Positions 1 to 12,746 of a DNA stretch of 27,468 nucleotides are shown here, in pieces. The notes under the pieces were generated by a model. The model was not told the DNA's origin. It saw nothing but the letters and a program-made list of their open reading frames with translations, and did not search any database. The stretch covers positions 1 to 27,468 of the forward strand of contig NW_021833351.1 in NCBI RefSeq assembly GCF_006345805.1. Direction: 5' to 3'. This DNA is from Octopus sinensis. Its lineage: Eukaryota. The translations under genes were made by a program, and so were the position numbers. The first letter of the stretch is position 1. Each line of letters starts with the position of its first letter.

Positions 1-43
1 AAAGTCTCGGCTCTTCTCGGATGCACCTTGTCTCACGTAATTT

Positions 44-256
44 TACTTTCACACTTTGCACAAAGCCAGCAATTTCGGGGACGGAGTATTGTCGATTACA
101 TCAACCCCAATATTCAAACTGGTACTTATTGATCGACTCCGAAAGGATTCAAGGCAAATTCGACCTCGGCGGAATTTGAACTCAGAATGTAAAAAACGAA
201 CGAAATTCGCTAAACATTTGCCCGGTGTGTTAACGATTCTACCAGCTTCACCGCCT
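44..256 (-). mobile_element. tRNA-derived SINE, family A
   Basis: The reverse complement has a ggcggtgaagctggtagaa head, B-box-like gagttcaaattcc and a core cctttcgg.gtcgat shared with the copies at 3592, 3852, 6692, 19632 and 26967. Confidence 0.8.
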
Positions 257-438
257 TAAATTTACTAACATAATATTAATTGATGGTTGGGTTACGGTAT
301 TTCATTTTGCAATCATAATATACTACCAAGTATATGAAAGGTTTATAATTCAATACAGAGTCCTCCTTTCGTGTTAGAAATGCGATACAATTACCTTTAA
401 GTTTATCTCAACAGATTTCCTATTGAATTTAGAGTCAG

Positions 439-563
439 CACTCACAAGGCTTTGATAGGCCCGAGGCTATAGTAGAAGACACCTGCCCAAGGTGTCACGC
501 AGTGGGACTGAACCCGGAACCATGTGGTTGGTAATCAAGCTACTTACCACACAGCTATACCTG
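439..563 (-). mobile_element. SINE family B head fragment
   Basis: Closely matches 12440-12565. Confidence 0.8.
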
Positions 564-915
564 GTCATTTTTTTTTTTTGCCAAATAAGCACACGCAATA
601 TATATGTTCGTTCTTCACTTGTATTACAACTAATCTTATGTCCATTGTCCAAATCTTTCGTCACACATCTGTGACCTCTTCAGCAACACTTTCCGTCGTC
701 GTGTGTGCTCTTGCTCCACTTATTTCATTCTGTTCTACTGGATGGTATCCTTAATGCACATGCGTTTGCGTCCGTGTTAGTGTATGTGTGTATATATGTG
801 TATGTGTGTGTCATTGTTCTTAGCACTATGTCGCTGCTGCAATCCATGGACCCGAAATTTGGTACAGTTCTTGTATCCCTCTGTGTTTGTGTGTTCGCCT
901 ACGTTGCTGCCATCA

Positions 916-916
<1 letters not shown>

Positions 917-951
<35 letters not shown>

Positions 952-1260
952 CAGTAGTTGTTGTTGTTGTTATTGCCACCGTTGTCACCGCTGTTGCTGA
1001 TGTCACTGTTAGTCGTGTTGTTGGTACTGTTGCGGCCCTCTGTGAAGTTTACTGTACGTGTGTTTGTGTGTACATTCTTTGCTTCCGTTATTTTGTGCTT
1101 TTTTTACATCATACACAACTCAACGAGAACCTTATCACCACCACCACCAGAACGGTCTTGATTCCTAAGGTCCTTTGTGATGTACTATTCGTCCCTCACC
1201 CATCCTTATGGCAAATATAAGAAAAGTTATCAACATCAATCAACATCATCATCATCGTCG

Positions 1261-1310
<50 letters not shown>

Positions 1311-1400
1311 GTCGTCATCATCAATCAGCATCACATCATCATCATCATCATCATCATCATCAATCATATCTCATCATCTCATCATCATTATTATTATTAT

Positions 1401-1430
<30 letters not shown>
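917..1430. repeat. (GTA)n/(GTT)n at 917-972, and (CAT)n plus (TAT)n at 1244-1430
   Basis: Direct reading. Confidence 0.9.
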
Positions 1431-1431
<1 letters not shown>

Positions 1432-1685
1432 CGTTCTGTTTTCATCACTGATTGACAGTAATGATAACACTCCTTAAATTATATGTTTCACTCGCTTTAA
1501 TAAGAAATGTAGTTTGCCCTTAAAACGTTTATCGATAGCCGGCCGCCATTACAAACTACTTCTGCCGTCACCATGGCCGCCATTGAATCGTACACAGCCT
1601 ATCATTATTTTGCCATAACCATCATCACTAGTATCATCATCACCATCAATGTCATCGCCAGCGAGCTACGTCATCAGTTTCACTT

Positions 1686-1709
1686 CTCTCTCTCTCTCTC
1701 CTATCTATA

Positions 1710-1805
<96 letters not shown>

Positions 1806-2103
1806 GTTCAGACAACACGTCAATTCTGTACTGTTTGTCGTAATCAAAGATTGCGTTTGACATGAAGAACGTCTGAAGATTGAATCTTCTCTAATATCAC
1901 AATTTTGTGTGTGTATAATAATATATATATATATATAATATATATATATATATTATATAATATATATATATATAGGCAAATTAATAGAGATCACAAAAAG
2001 TGACAGAGGGTAGATATATATGCGTCTATACAATTATAAATACGTATATACAATAGATAGATAGATAGATAGATCAGATAGATAGATAGATAGATAGATA
2101 GAT

Positions 2104-2157
<54 letters not shown>

Positions 2158-2449
2158 GGTAGATAGATATTGATATATATAAATATAAATAAATATATAG
2201 ATATATATGTATTTATATATGTGTGTATATATATAAATACATATATGAATGTTTATGTATATGTATATGTATGTATATATATATACGTATATATATATGT
2301 ATATATATATATGTATATATGTATATTTAGGTATATATATATATGTATATATGTATATATGTGTATATATAAACATATATAAATATATATGTGTGTGATA
2401 TATAAATACATATATGTATGTATATATGAATATATAGTATATGTATATG

Positions 2450-2482
<33 letters not shown>

Positions 2483-2487
2483 TATTA

Positions 2488-2580
<93 letters not shown>

Positions 2581-2586
2581 CACACA
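1686..2586. repeat. (TA)n, (GATA)n and degenerate (TA/TG)n microsatellite cluster
   Basis: Direct reading. Confidence 0.9.
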
Positions 2587-2974
2587 GAGTCATACATGGA
2601 GACAAATAGCACTTCAGAAAGCACATCTTAATTCGTCTAATTACGGCATTCATGCAATGTATATAAACGTCCGTCTGTGTGTATGTGTTTTGTATGCAAG
2701 GGAGAAAATATGTATGTATCTATGTATGCGTGAGATAAAAATGCAAAGAGGAATGGTGGTGGATGAGGATGGGAATTTCATTAGATTTCTTTGTAACTGT
2801 TATCATGTTTGGTAAACCAAGTGAATAAGATTCTGCTAGTTACCATTCTTGTGGCTTTCATATAATTATCAAAACTACTTCACAGAGATTCAGCTTTTCT
2901 TTCACGACTGAAAATTACTTCAACATTAACAAGAGCTTCAGTCGTTGCTATGGTGACTGTTGTAACTGCCGCCA

Positions 2975-3545
2975 AACTCTCTTCCATCGTAAGTATCCAA
3001 CATCAAATTGAGCTCCGTCAAATGCTGTTGACACCAAAATCACCTTCACCTATAAGTCCCACACTAAAGTCACTTCTTTCTCATGCATTCCTCGCCAGAG
3101 TCACCTTCGTTACATGTAGCCCACACCAAAGTCGTTTCTACCACATGTATCTCACGCCAAAGTTGCCTCCGTACATGTACTCCCACTCTAAAGTCACCTC
3201 TCTTTTATGTACCCCATACAAAATGTCGCCTCCGCAGCATGGCCTCCTCCAAAGTCACATCCATTGCATGTAGTCCACACCAAATTCACTTTTATATAGT
3301 CCACATTGAAGTCACCTCTGTCGCATGTGTCCCACATTAAAGTTACTTGCGTCTTACATACCCTCACTAAAATCTCCCCCATCACATGTATCCCACACTA
3401 AATCCCCTCCATCACATATGTCCCACATCCAAGTCCCCACAGTCACATGTACCCAACAGTGAAGTTAACTCCATTACATGTATCCTGCATCAAAGACATC
3501 TCTAGCATGCAGTTATTACCAGTTCAACTTCATCACATATAGTTT
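2975..3545. repeat. Degenerate ~30-31-bp minisatellite (aaagtcacctccatcacatgtatcccacact-like)
   Basis: aaagtcacc..catgt..ccaca recurs at ~31-bp spacing. Confidence 0.75.
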
Positions 3546-3591
3546 CTCAAAAAACAGCTCCTATGTGCTCCCGCCAATAGAACGTCAATCA

Positions 3592-3739
3592 AAGTCGAGG
3601 TCGACTTCGCCTGTCATCCTTTCGGGGTCGACAAATTAAGTACCAGTTACACACGGGGGTCGATGTAATCGATCTAATTCCTCTGTCTGTCCTCGTTTGT
3701 CCCCTCTATGTTTAGCCCCTTGTGGGCAATAAAGAAATA
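3592..3739 (+). mobile_element. 5'-truncated SINE family A with a 13-bp target-site duplication
   Basis: AGAACGTCAATCA at 3579-3591 and 3740-3752 flanks the core and tail. Confidence 0.85.
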
Positions 3740-3851
3740 AGAACGTCAATCACTTGTGGTCTCAATGAAGACAAATAGCCACTAACTTGAGAACAGCGGG
3801 CGCTAGGGATGCAAACGCACCTCCTAAATTTTCGGCGGGTGGGATGAATAA

Positions 3852-4003
3852 GTTCTAAGTTCAAATTCCACCGAGGTCGACTTTACCTTTCATCCTTTCG
3901 GGGTCGATAAATTAAATACTTATCACACACTTGGATTTAAGGAAATCGACTAGTCCCCTGTTCCAAACTTCTGGCCTTGTGCCTAAAATAGACAGGATTA
4001 TTA
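3852..4003 (+). mobile_element. SINE family A fragment (alternative tail)
   Basis: gttcaaattccaccgaggtcgactttacctttcatcctttcggggtcgataaa, with tail ggccttgtgcc...gattatta. Confidence 0.75.
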
Positions 4004-4427
4004 TATCTATGTTTGTTTTGATTATAAAGATTGAAAAACTTGATTCCCTTTTTTAAAAAAATTTTGGCCTTGGGTTTGCATCTTCTGAGCAAATTTCGTT
4101 CTCGCACTTATGCGTGTAACTTCCATATTTACCACGTGTATATTTCACCAAATATATTTTTATCACGTGTATATTCCCGCAAAAAGAAAAACACCTCTGT
4201 CACGTGTTCCCACAAAAGATATCCATGTCACATGCTCTGCCAGTCATCGGCAAAACGCGGCCCACTGGACTTTCTGAATAACACTAAAACGAAAATCTTT
4301 TTAGTAGTACAGCATGCCTAATACTTAGGCATGTTTCATTCAGGCCGATTCTCGAGAAAGGTTGCCTGTGCCTAGTCTACACGAAATAGTCATCCGTATA
4401 GATTCAACCCATGATTCACTCATATTT

Positions 4428-4985
4428 TTCCACATCAAACATTAATCCACATGAAGATTTACCTATATGCGTCTACATCAAACATTAATCCACATATGCC
4501 TTGATTGAATATTCACCCACATGTGACCACATCAAACATGAATCCACATGAAGATTTACCTATATGCGTCTACATCAAACATTAATCCACATATGCCTTG
4601 ATTGAATATTCACCCACATGTGACCACATCAAACATTAATCCATATGCGCATCCATTAAAGATTCGTCCACATGTGTCTACATCAAACATTAATCCACAT
4701 GTGCCTCCATTAAAGATCCGCCTACATGTGCCCACATCAAACATTAATCCACATGTGCCTCTGTTAAAGATTCCCTTACATGTGCCCACATCAAACATTA
4801 ATCCACATGTGTCTCTATTGAAATATCAACTACATGTGTTCACATTAAACATTAAGCCGCATGTGCCTTTATTGAAGATTCAACCATGTGTCCACATCAA
4901 ACATTAATCCAAATGTGCCTCCATTAAATATTCACTCACATGTGTCTACATCAAACATTAATCCACGTGCCTCTGTTAAAGATTT
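4428..4985. repeat. 54-bp minisatellite, ~10.5 copies
   Basis: catcaaacattaatccacat starts at 4433, 4476, 4530, 4573, 4627, 4681, 4735, 4789, 4843, 4895 and 4949. Confidence 0.9.
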
Positions 4986-5534
4986 CTTCAACTGTGGCCA
5001 TGCTGGAGCACCACCTTAAAAGGTTTTAATCGAACAAATCGACCGCGCATAAATGTTTTAATTCATATTACATATTGGTTCATTTAAAATGAGGAACTTT
5101 TTGAACAGGTGCTGAGAGAGCAAAAAGAATTCCAACGAGCGACAAGAGACTGAGTAATGGAATGTAGAGTTTTTTTCTATAATTATATAATGGAACTGTT
5201 GTATATAAGTACGGAGAAAAAGTAAATGAGATGATGCTGAGGTTAAAATTCCACGAGACCGTATGGAGTGACGTCACCTATATATTGCGGTTTCACATTA
5301 AATAGATGTTGCTTGTTTCTCTGTGAGCGCTGTCACAATGACATCAGAGTAAGAAAACGGAATGAGACGATTTGGCACTGCTGTTTGGGTGCAGATGATT
5401 TGGGCGCAGTTGATTTGGCGCGGTTTATTGGACAGTCGGTCTGTTTTGGAGACTTTTATTTTTGGCACTGAAGGCAAACACAACATGCACGTGCAGAAAT
5501 AGACACATACAGATAGAATGAGTACGGAAGAGAG

Positions 5535-5573
<39 letters not shown>

Positions 5574-5770
5574 AATTTATTAATTGAACATAATTGACAT
5601 AAACACTTTCCATTCTGAGAAGCATTAAAATATCTGACGTCAAATAAGTCAGCGTCGAATCAGAGGCGCCAAAACGGCTGTGCCAGAACGTCTCATTCTC
5701 AATAAACAATAACAAGAACAGATTCTTTTCTGGTTCAATAATAACACCAGAAATGTACTTTTTTACATAC

Positions 5771-6044
5771 CTGTATCGAAAGCATCCGGGTTTTTTTCTC
5801 CGTAATAAGGCACCATTAGGCCAAGCAGTAGACCCATACCAATAATAGCCAAATTTCGCGTGGAGTTCAAATCTATATATTGGAGATTTGCGAGAACAAC
5901 ACCAATGAAAATACCGAAACTTAGAAGTTGCACTCCTCCAAGAACTGGGTATGGAATAGTTATAAAAAGGGCTCCGACTTTACCCATAATGCCGAAAAAT
6001 ATGTATATTAAACCGAGAACTTGAAACACACGTCTGCTGGCCAC
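5771..6044 (-). CDS. SLC23A: SLC23/NAT family transporter, internal exon 4 of 4 (VASRRVFQVLGLIYIFFGIMGKVGALFITIPYPVLGGVQLLSFGIFIGVVLANLQYIDLNSTRNLAIIGMGLLLGLMVPYYGEKNPDAFDT-G)
   Basis: Acceptor tctctctctccaacAG and donor GTatgt. The exon is 274 nt with phase 0 in, continuing ...GMTK|VASRRV. It contains 'GK.GALF.TIP.PV.GG' and 'NLQ..DLNS.RNL.I.G'. Confidence 0.97.
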
Positions 6045-6107
6045 CTGTTGGAGAGAGAGAAAACTTATTTAGCAAAGATATGTAACGTTCACAACAAGGA
6101 CCCACGC

Positions 6108-6383
6108 TTATAGGTCCCTTTTTCGTCGTTATCATCATCATCATCATCGCCATCATCATATCATCATCACCATCATCATATCATCATCACCATCATCATA
6201 TCATCATCACCATCATCATCATCAGTAACACCATCATCAGCAGCAGCATCATCATTACTTCCATCGTCGTTCGTTTGTTCGTTTAACGTCTACTTTCCCA
6301 TGCTTGCATGGGTGAGACACAAATACCCAAATCTATAAGTCCCTCTTTCATCATCAGCAGCAGCAGCATCGCCAACCTCATCA

Positions 6384-6432
<49 letters not shown>

Positions 6433-6597
6433 CCACCATCAACACCACCATCACCACCATTATAGTTCGTTTAACGTCTGTTTTCCCATCCTTGTTGTGT
6501 GGGTCAGATACAAAGGCTCAAATCTATAGCTCCCTTTTTCATCATCATCATCATCATCATCAAGACTGCCATCACCACCGTCGTTCTTCTGTTTAAC
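6108..6597. repeat. ~2.5 copies of a ~200-bp unit containing (CAT)n
   Basis: tata.gtccc.ttttc-(cat)n-gttcgtttaacgtct..tt.cccat is repeated. Confidence 0.65.
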
Positions 6598-6691
6598 AAT
6601 CCACTGCAATAGATCAGGTGAAATCTGCGGAGGTAGATATTCTACGGCCGGATGCAGGGTCTTGAACCTAAATCAAAAAAGCAGATACGAA

Positions 6692-6826
6692 GGTGCGGAG
6701 CTGGCAGAACTGTTAGAGAACTGGGAAAATGCTTTGCAGTATTTCTTCTTCCGGCTCTTAACGTTCTGAGTTCAAATCCCACCAAAGTCAACTTTGCCTT
6801 TCATTCTTTCTTGATCGATAAAACAA
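6692..6826 (+). mobile_element. SINE family A, 3'-truncated
   Basis: gagctggcagaa head, gagttcaaatccc B box, and gcctttcattcttt core. Confidence 0.75.
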
Positions 6827-7106
6827 AAGTGGTGGTGGTGGTTGGTGGTGGTAGGAGTAAAGACGGATTAGTTGAATATAAATTTGCGAATTGCGTCAAA
6901 GATTATCAAACAATTTTTCATCTTATTTGAAATTCCGTTTCAAATCAACAAAGCAACAGTCGATGACTCTCTGGCCAGTGAAGCGAGAGCGGTAGTGGCA
7001 ATGATAGTAGTAGTAGTGGTGGTGGTGGTGGTGGTTGGTGGTGCGGTGATATAGTGGAAGCGTTTGTTAATGGTTTTGTGGTGTCGGTTGTGGGGATGGT
7101 GCTCTA

Positions 7107-7371
7107 CGGTGGTTCCATTTTATTTTGTTTGCCTCTGAACCCCTCTGGTTCATATTTTATTCCACTGGACCCTCAAAAGCCGTTTTGATTTATATATAAA
7201 AAAAAGAATCCTACAGTATTTTCGTAATTAAATATTATTAGGAATTGTATTTAAAAAATTTAAATATTTTATGTTTTGTAAAAGCACAATCAACTTCTTG
7301 CACATAAGTTTTAATAACAAACTATTATATGGTTCTCCAAGGGCCGTAGGAACCCCGGTTTAGAACCACTG
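7107..7371. mobile_element. Possible hAT-Charlie-type MITE relic
   Basis: The right end gtttagaaccactg is followed by atctaaac (NTCTARAN-like target), and the left end is cggtggttcc. Confidence 0.3.
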
Positions 7372-7628
7372 ATCTAAACGTATTTGTTGCAAGAAACAGG
7401 TTTCTTTCTCTAACATTCCACGAAGTTCAATCTACAGAAGTTAATGTGTGGAAAACAAAAATAGGAATTTTGAAAGACGTTTCTATAAAACTAGTTTTTG
7501 AACATCGAATGGCTATGAGGGTCCACCAGGATGAAATAATAACCAAAGGGCTCCATAGATTAAAAAAAAAGGGTGGGGTTGAGATCCCCTGTTTTAGATG
7601 TATGTATTGGTATGCATTGCAAGAAACA

Positions 7629-7910
7629 GTGGTGGTGGTGGTGGTGGTGGTGGTGGTGAGGAGGAGGAGGAGAGGAGGAGGAAGGAAGGAAGGAAGGAAG
7701 GAAGGAAGAAAGGAAGGAGATGAGGAAGAAGGAGGAGGAAGGAGGAGGATGGAGGAGGAAGGAGGAGGAAGGAGGAGGATGGAGGAGGAAGAGGCGGATG
7801 AAAGAGGATGAGGAAGAAGGAGGAGGGAGGAACACGAGGAGGATGGGAGGAGGGAGAGGAAGAGGGAGAGGAGGAGGTGGAGAACGACGACGACGACGGC
7901 GACGAGGACA
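7629..7910. repeat. Polypurine (GGT)n-(GGA)n-(GGAA)n tract
   Basis: Direct reading. Confidence 0.9.
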
Positions 7911-8299
7911 GCAATGGTGATGATTACACGTTCGAATTAGAAAAACAATTTTTTTAGCAATCACCTTTGTGACATAAAGAAAGCTTTCAAGAAATCTTCA
8001 TCTGTTCCAGGAGCGCTGCTAATTACCCCCCCCCCATCACACAAGATCACCAACCCCAATCACTAAAACAAAAACCCCAGCAACCCCAACACCATACAAA
8101 TTAGATGTAAGTAAACTCACCACTATACCACTACAATCAATAAATACACTACTACAACTCAATACTACTACTGTTAATACTACCATCGTCACCTTTACTT
8201 TAAGTTTTGTTGTTATTTTCGTTGTTTTGTTTAAAAATTAGTCACAAGGCAACGAGGCATTTTCGTTATATATATAAGAATATGCATGTGCGTGTATAT

Positions 8300-8332
<33 letters not shown>

Positions 8333-8470
8333 TATATAATCATATGTGTATGCATATATGTATACATCTATATATATATACACACATACATACATATATA
8401 TTTATATGTATGTATATATATATAATATATAATAATATATATAATTATATATATATATACACATATATGT

Positions 8471-8606
8471 AGGTGGAGGCGTGGCTGTTTGGCAAGAAGC
8501 CACATGGTTCCGGTTCAATCCCACTGCACGGCACTTAGCTAAGTGTCTTCTACTATAGCCTCAGGCCAACCAAAGCCTTGTGAGAGGATTTGGTAGACGG
8601 AAACTG

Positions 8607-8668
<62 letters not shown>

Positions 8669-8737
8669 CTCCCCTCACACACACACCGCAGCCCATCTCC
8701 ACCGCTTGACAACGGGTGTTGTGTTTATGTCCCACAA
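8471..8737 (+). mobile_element. SINE family B 5' half with an expanded (TG)n
   Basis: gtgtcttctactatagcctc..ccaaagccttgtgagaggatttggtagacggaaactga. Confidence 0.8.
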
Positions 8738-9432
8738 TCACCAGCATCATTATCATCACCATCCTCGTCACCACCATCCTCATCATTATCGTCTTCGTCG
8801 ACGTCATCATCGTCGTCGTTTTCATCATCATCAGCAGCAGCAGCAGCGTCGTCGGCGACTTTGTCAACATTATCGTCTTGTTCATCAGCACCAACATCAT
8901 CATCGTCATCATCCACACCATCCCCCTTCTCATCATCATCATCAACATCACTATCATCCTCATCATCATCAGCAGCAGCAGCAACGTTATCGTCATCATC
9001 GTCGTCATTGCCATCATCATCATCGTCGTCATCGTCATCGTCGTCCGCACCACCAGACATAAGTGACATAAGACATAAGTGAAGAATTAAAAGTTTGATT
9101 TGGTGGAGGAGTGGGAAGAGAGGGGGAAGGGGAGGGGCGGGTTCGACCTCCCCTCACACCTCATCCTCACGGCTCATCCACACCCACACACCCCAGGAAA
9201 ACAGTCAGGTGTTAAAAAGTAATTATACTTCATCCAAACTCTAACAACAGCAACAACAACAACAGCAATAATAATAACAATAATAATAATAATAATAATA
9301 ATAATAATCATAATAATAATAATAATCATAATGAATGATGAGGAAGATGATGATGATGATAACAATAATAATAATAATAATAATAGTAATAATAATAATA
9401 ATAATAATAGTAATAATAATAATAATAATAAT

Positions 9433-9498
<66 letters not shown>

Positions 9499-9708
9499 TA
9501 ATAACAATGTTTGTCTGAACAGAAAGACAACCATCTGTTCATTTAATTTATCTCCCAAATAGAATTGTCACACTGTTATTGAAAAAATGTTACAAATATA
9601 TAAACATAATCTTACACACATACAGATACACGTGCGCATACACCGTGCACACACATACATATATAGACGGATAGACAGATAGAGAGAGAGGGGGAGATAG
9701 ATAGATAG

Positions 9709-9758
<50 letters not shown>

Positions 9759-10027
9759 GTAGAGAGAGATACATACATACATACAAACATCTCTCTCTCT
9801 CTCCCTAGGTATATATACATATTGTATCTCATGTATATATTATATATATATTATATATATATCTATAAATGTGTGTGTGTGTGTGTGTGGGTGTGTGTGT
9901 GTGTTGTGTGTTATATCATATATATCATAACTAGATACATACATACACAAACATACAACATGCATGCATGCATGCATCATACATACATACATACATACAT
10001 ACATACATACATACATACATACATACA

Positions 10028-10071
<44 letters not shown>

Positions 10072-10088
10072 TTATATATATATAATAT
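8738..10088. repeat. Degenerate (CAT/CGT/CAG)n at 8738-9045, (AAT)n at 9268-9505, and (GATA)n/(CATA)n/(TA)n at 9650-10088
   Basis: Direct reading. Confidence 0.85.
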
Positions 10089-10089
10089 A

Positions 10090-10420
10090 TAATATATAAC
10101 TGTAAAATAATATGTGACAGTTATTCGGTACTCAAGATAAAGCTCTGAGTTTCGGATGCCGAGGTGGAAAAATATATATGTATGTATGTATTATGTATGT
10201 ATGTATGTAATGTATGTATGTATGTATGTATGTATGCGTGTTTGTTGTTATGTATTTCAGAATCTTAATTCGCCAGACAAAATTCCACCTCGGCATCCGA
10301 ACTCAGAGTTTTATCTTGGCTGTTGAATAATGGTCACATATTATTTTACAGATAAATTTCCTCTATTTACATAATATTGAGGTGCTTTTCTTTCTTTTGT
10401 TATCTTACCGTTTTTACCAA
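10090..10420. mobile_element. Two inverted truncated copies of the 22200-22380 element (minus 10090-10168, plus 10283-10420)
   Basis: About 80 bp of reverse-complement similarity. Both copies begin at ttccacctcggcatccgaa and are separated by (TATG)n. Confidence 0.7.
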
Positions 10421-10509
10421 TATATATATATATATATATATATATTTATGTAGTATGTATGTATGTATGTATGTATGTATGTATGTATGTATGTATGTAT
10501 GTATGTATA

Positions 10510-10729
10510 CAGGGTGCTCTCCGCAGTATTTTGTTGCAAAATAAATCTTTATCAGATGGTATAAGTCTACAAAAGAATACATTAGACTTTACAAGATTTT
10601 AAAAGGCTTTATAAAAGGTGCTGAAAGTGTCGTCCTTCATTTTCAATATATAAGTGAACTCTTCAACATATTTTGAAATACATCTTGGAGAAAAAAATTA
10701 CAATGCTGAGAGACATTTTGAACCCCCTA
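10510..10729. mobile_element. Degenerate Tc1/mariner-like MITE
   Basis: TA-cagggtgctc ... gaacccccta-TA. The terminal repeats match at about 7 of 10 positions and are flanked by TA. Confidence 0.35.
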
Positions 10730-10839
10730 TATATAATATATATATATATATATAATATATATATATATATTATATATATATATATATATCTATATGTGTG
10801 TGTGTTGTGTGTGTGTGTGTGTTGTGTGTGTTTGTATAT

Positions 10840-10995
10840 TTGTGTTTGTCCCGCCCATCGCTTGACAACCGATGTTTATGTGTTTGCATTCCCGTAACAT
10901 TACCGGTTCGGCAAAAGGAACTGATAGAATAAGTACAAGACTTACAAAGAATAAGTCCTGGGGTCGATTTGTTCGACTAAATGCGGTGCTCCAGC

Positions 10996-10997
<2 letters not shown>
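10840..10997 (+). mobile_element. SINE family B 3' half
   Basis: gcttgacaaccgatg..cggcaaaag..gatagaataagtac..gcggtgctccagcat is the reverse complement of 12206-12345. Short tail fragments also occur at ~4990-5044, ~14035-14085 and ~26893-26939. Confidence 0.8.
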
Positions 10998-11055
<58 letters not shown>

Positions 11056-12144
11056 TGTGTGTGGTATGATGTTGTTTGTTTGTTTGTTTGTTTGTATGTA
11101 TTTCAGAATCATTAATTCGCCAGCCAAAATGCTTCGCGTTCGGAGTTTAATTTTTTCCGAACTCGACTTTGCCATTCATGCTACCGTGATCGATGAAATA
11201 GGTTCCAAATGGGGGTGGGGTGTCTCAATATAATCCACTACCCACTTGCCACAAAAATTTCAGACCCTGTGGTCTATAGTAAACACTTAACACAACGAAA
11301 GAGAAAGACAAATCTCCTGTTCAGCCTCACAACAAAAGTCTTTGATAGTGAAACACCAAAGGGTTAAAAAAAAAAAAGACAGAGCGACAGTTGTTCAACT
11401 TTAAAGAATAGATTCTTTTACCGCTCGAACACATTCTACAGCGGAGAGAAAAATATTGCTGTCACTGGCCATTTGCATCGCGCGGTTTCGATTAAATTTG
11501 AGGTTAGATTTCTTTACAGAGACGTTACATGATCTTCTGACCGATACACAAAAGTTATTATATTCAAACTCACAAATCAGTTTCTTTCTTTTTTTTTCTA
11601 TTATCATTGTTTTAATTTTTTTTTTTTTTCTTATTTTAGTTATCAGCTTTGGTCTGAAAGTCATAGAATATATTACCTCACAAATGTCGTTGCATATATT
11701 AATTATACAAAACGGAAAGCTACAACTTACTGTTACCCGTGCCATTGTGAGAATAATAAGTTATCTCAATTAGAAACCTTTATCGTTTGAACCGTGATTT
11801 AACACAATTATTTCATCCTGTAAATATGGGTGAAAGGCACCGTAAGGTTAAGGACAAAACTCAAACTCGGGGTTAGAACACTATCGACTTGGTGATAAGA
11901 TTCTCATACAAACCCGAGGCGCCAATTTTATGCATAGTTTAACTGAAGTCTTGGCATGCTTTAGAAATATTTCGCCAAATACCAATACGCTGTAATTGAG
12001 GATATGAATGTGGCTAATAAGCATGTTCGACCTACAAGAAACAGCAACTAAATCTGCTTCAAATCATATCCGACCATCACGGAAAAGGAGAATAAGACAA
12101 TGGACGAAGACTGTACGATCACAGTTGGTGCCTCTTGGATCACA

Positions 12145-12568
12145 CTCTCTTTTTTCACTCTTTTTTTTACTCTTTTTTACTTGCTTCAGTCATTTGAATG
12201 CGGCCATGCTGGAGCACCGCCTTTAATCGAGCAACTCGACCCCGGGACTTATTCTTTTGTAAGCCCTGTACTTATTCTATCGGTCTCTTTTGCCGAACGC
12301 TTAAGTAACGGGACATAGACACACCAGCATCGGTTGTCAGCAATGCTAGGGGGACAAACACAGACACACCAACACACACACGCATACATATTATATATAC
12401 ATATATACGCAGCTTCTTTCAGTTTCCGTCTACCAAATCCACTCACAAGGCTTTGGTCGGCCCGAGGCTATAGTAGAAGACACTTGCCCAAGGTGCCACG
12501 CAGTGGGACTGAACCCGAACCATGTGTTGGTAAACAAGCTACTTACCACACACCAACCACTCCTGCGC
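12145..12568 (-). mobile_element. tRNA-derived SINE family B, near full length
   Basis: The reverse complement has a gcgcaggagtgg..tggtaagtagc head, ggttcagtccc B box, an internal (TA)/(TG) tract, ggcggtgctccagcatggccgca and a (gtaaaa)-type tail. Confidence 0.85.
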
Positions 12569-12746
12569 TCTATATAATTTTTTTTTTGTCTTTGGCCAGT
12601 AGGTGTTATCTTCTGTTTGCTTCTATCTAGAAATCAAAGGAAGTGACTACTATTCACTTCAAACTTTATGATCTGTACATCAATGATGGGAAACTGACCT
12701 ATTTTCCATTACATTTCAGACAGATTCAGCGCTGAGTTGCTGCAGC

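Noticed and set aside
661-1220. 171-aa plus-strand ORF and a stop-free Asn/Thr-rich minus-strand frame
   Set aside because: Both are low complexity, lack the SLC23 C-terminal motif (LDNT.PG) and have no convincing splice sites. The next SLC23 exon appears to be outside the window.
4428-4985. CRISPR-like appearance (constant 20-mer with variable intervals)
   Set aside because: The intervals are homologous to one another, the context is eukaryotic and there are no cas genes, so this is a minisatellite.
8553-9082. Poly-Asp, poly-His and poly-Ser ORFs in several frames
   Set aside because: A degenerate (CAT)n repeat is open in most frames by construction, and it lies inside an intron.
11401-11773. 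Overlapping 105-114-aa ORFs in non-repetitive sequence
   Set aside because: There is no recognisable domain, and they run through poly-T/A tracts.
12025-12120. Short similarity to the reverse complement of ~16640-16745
   Set aside because: These are probably old fragments of another dispersed repeat, too diverged to delimit by eye.
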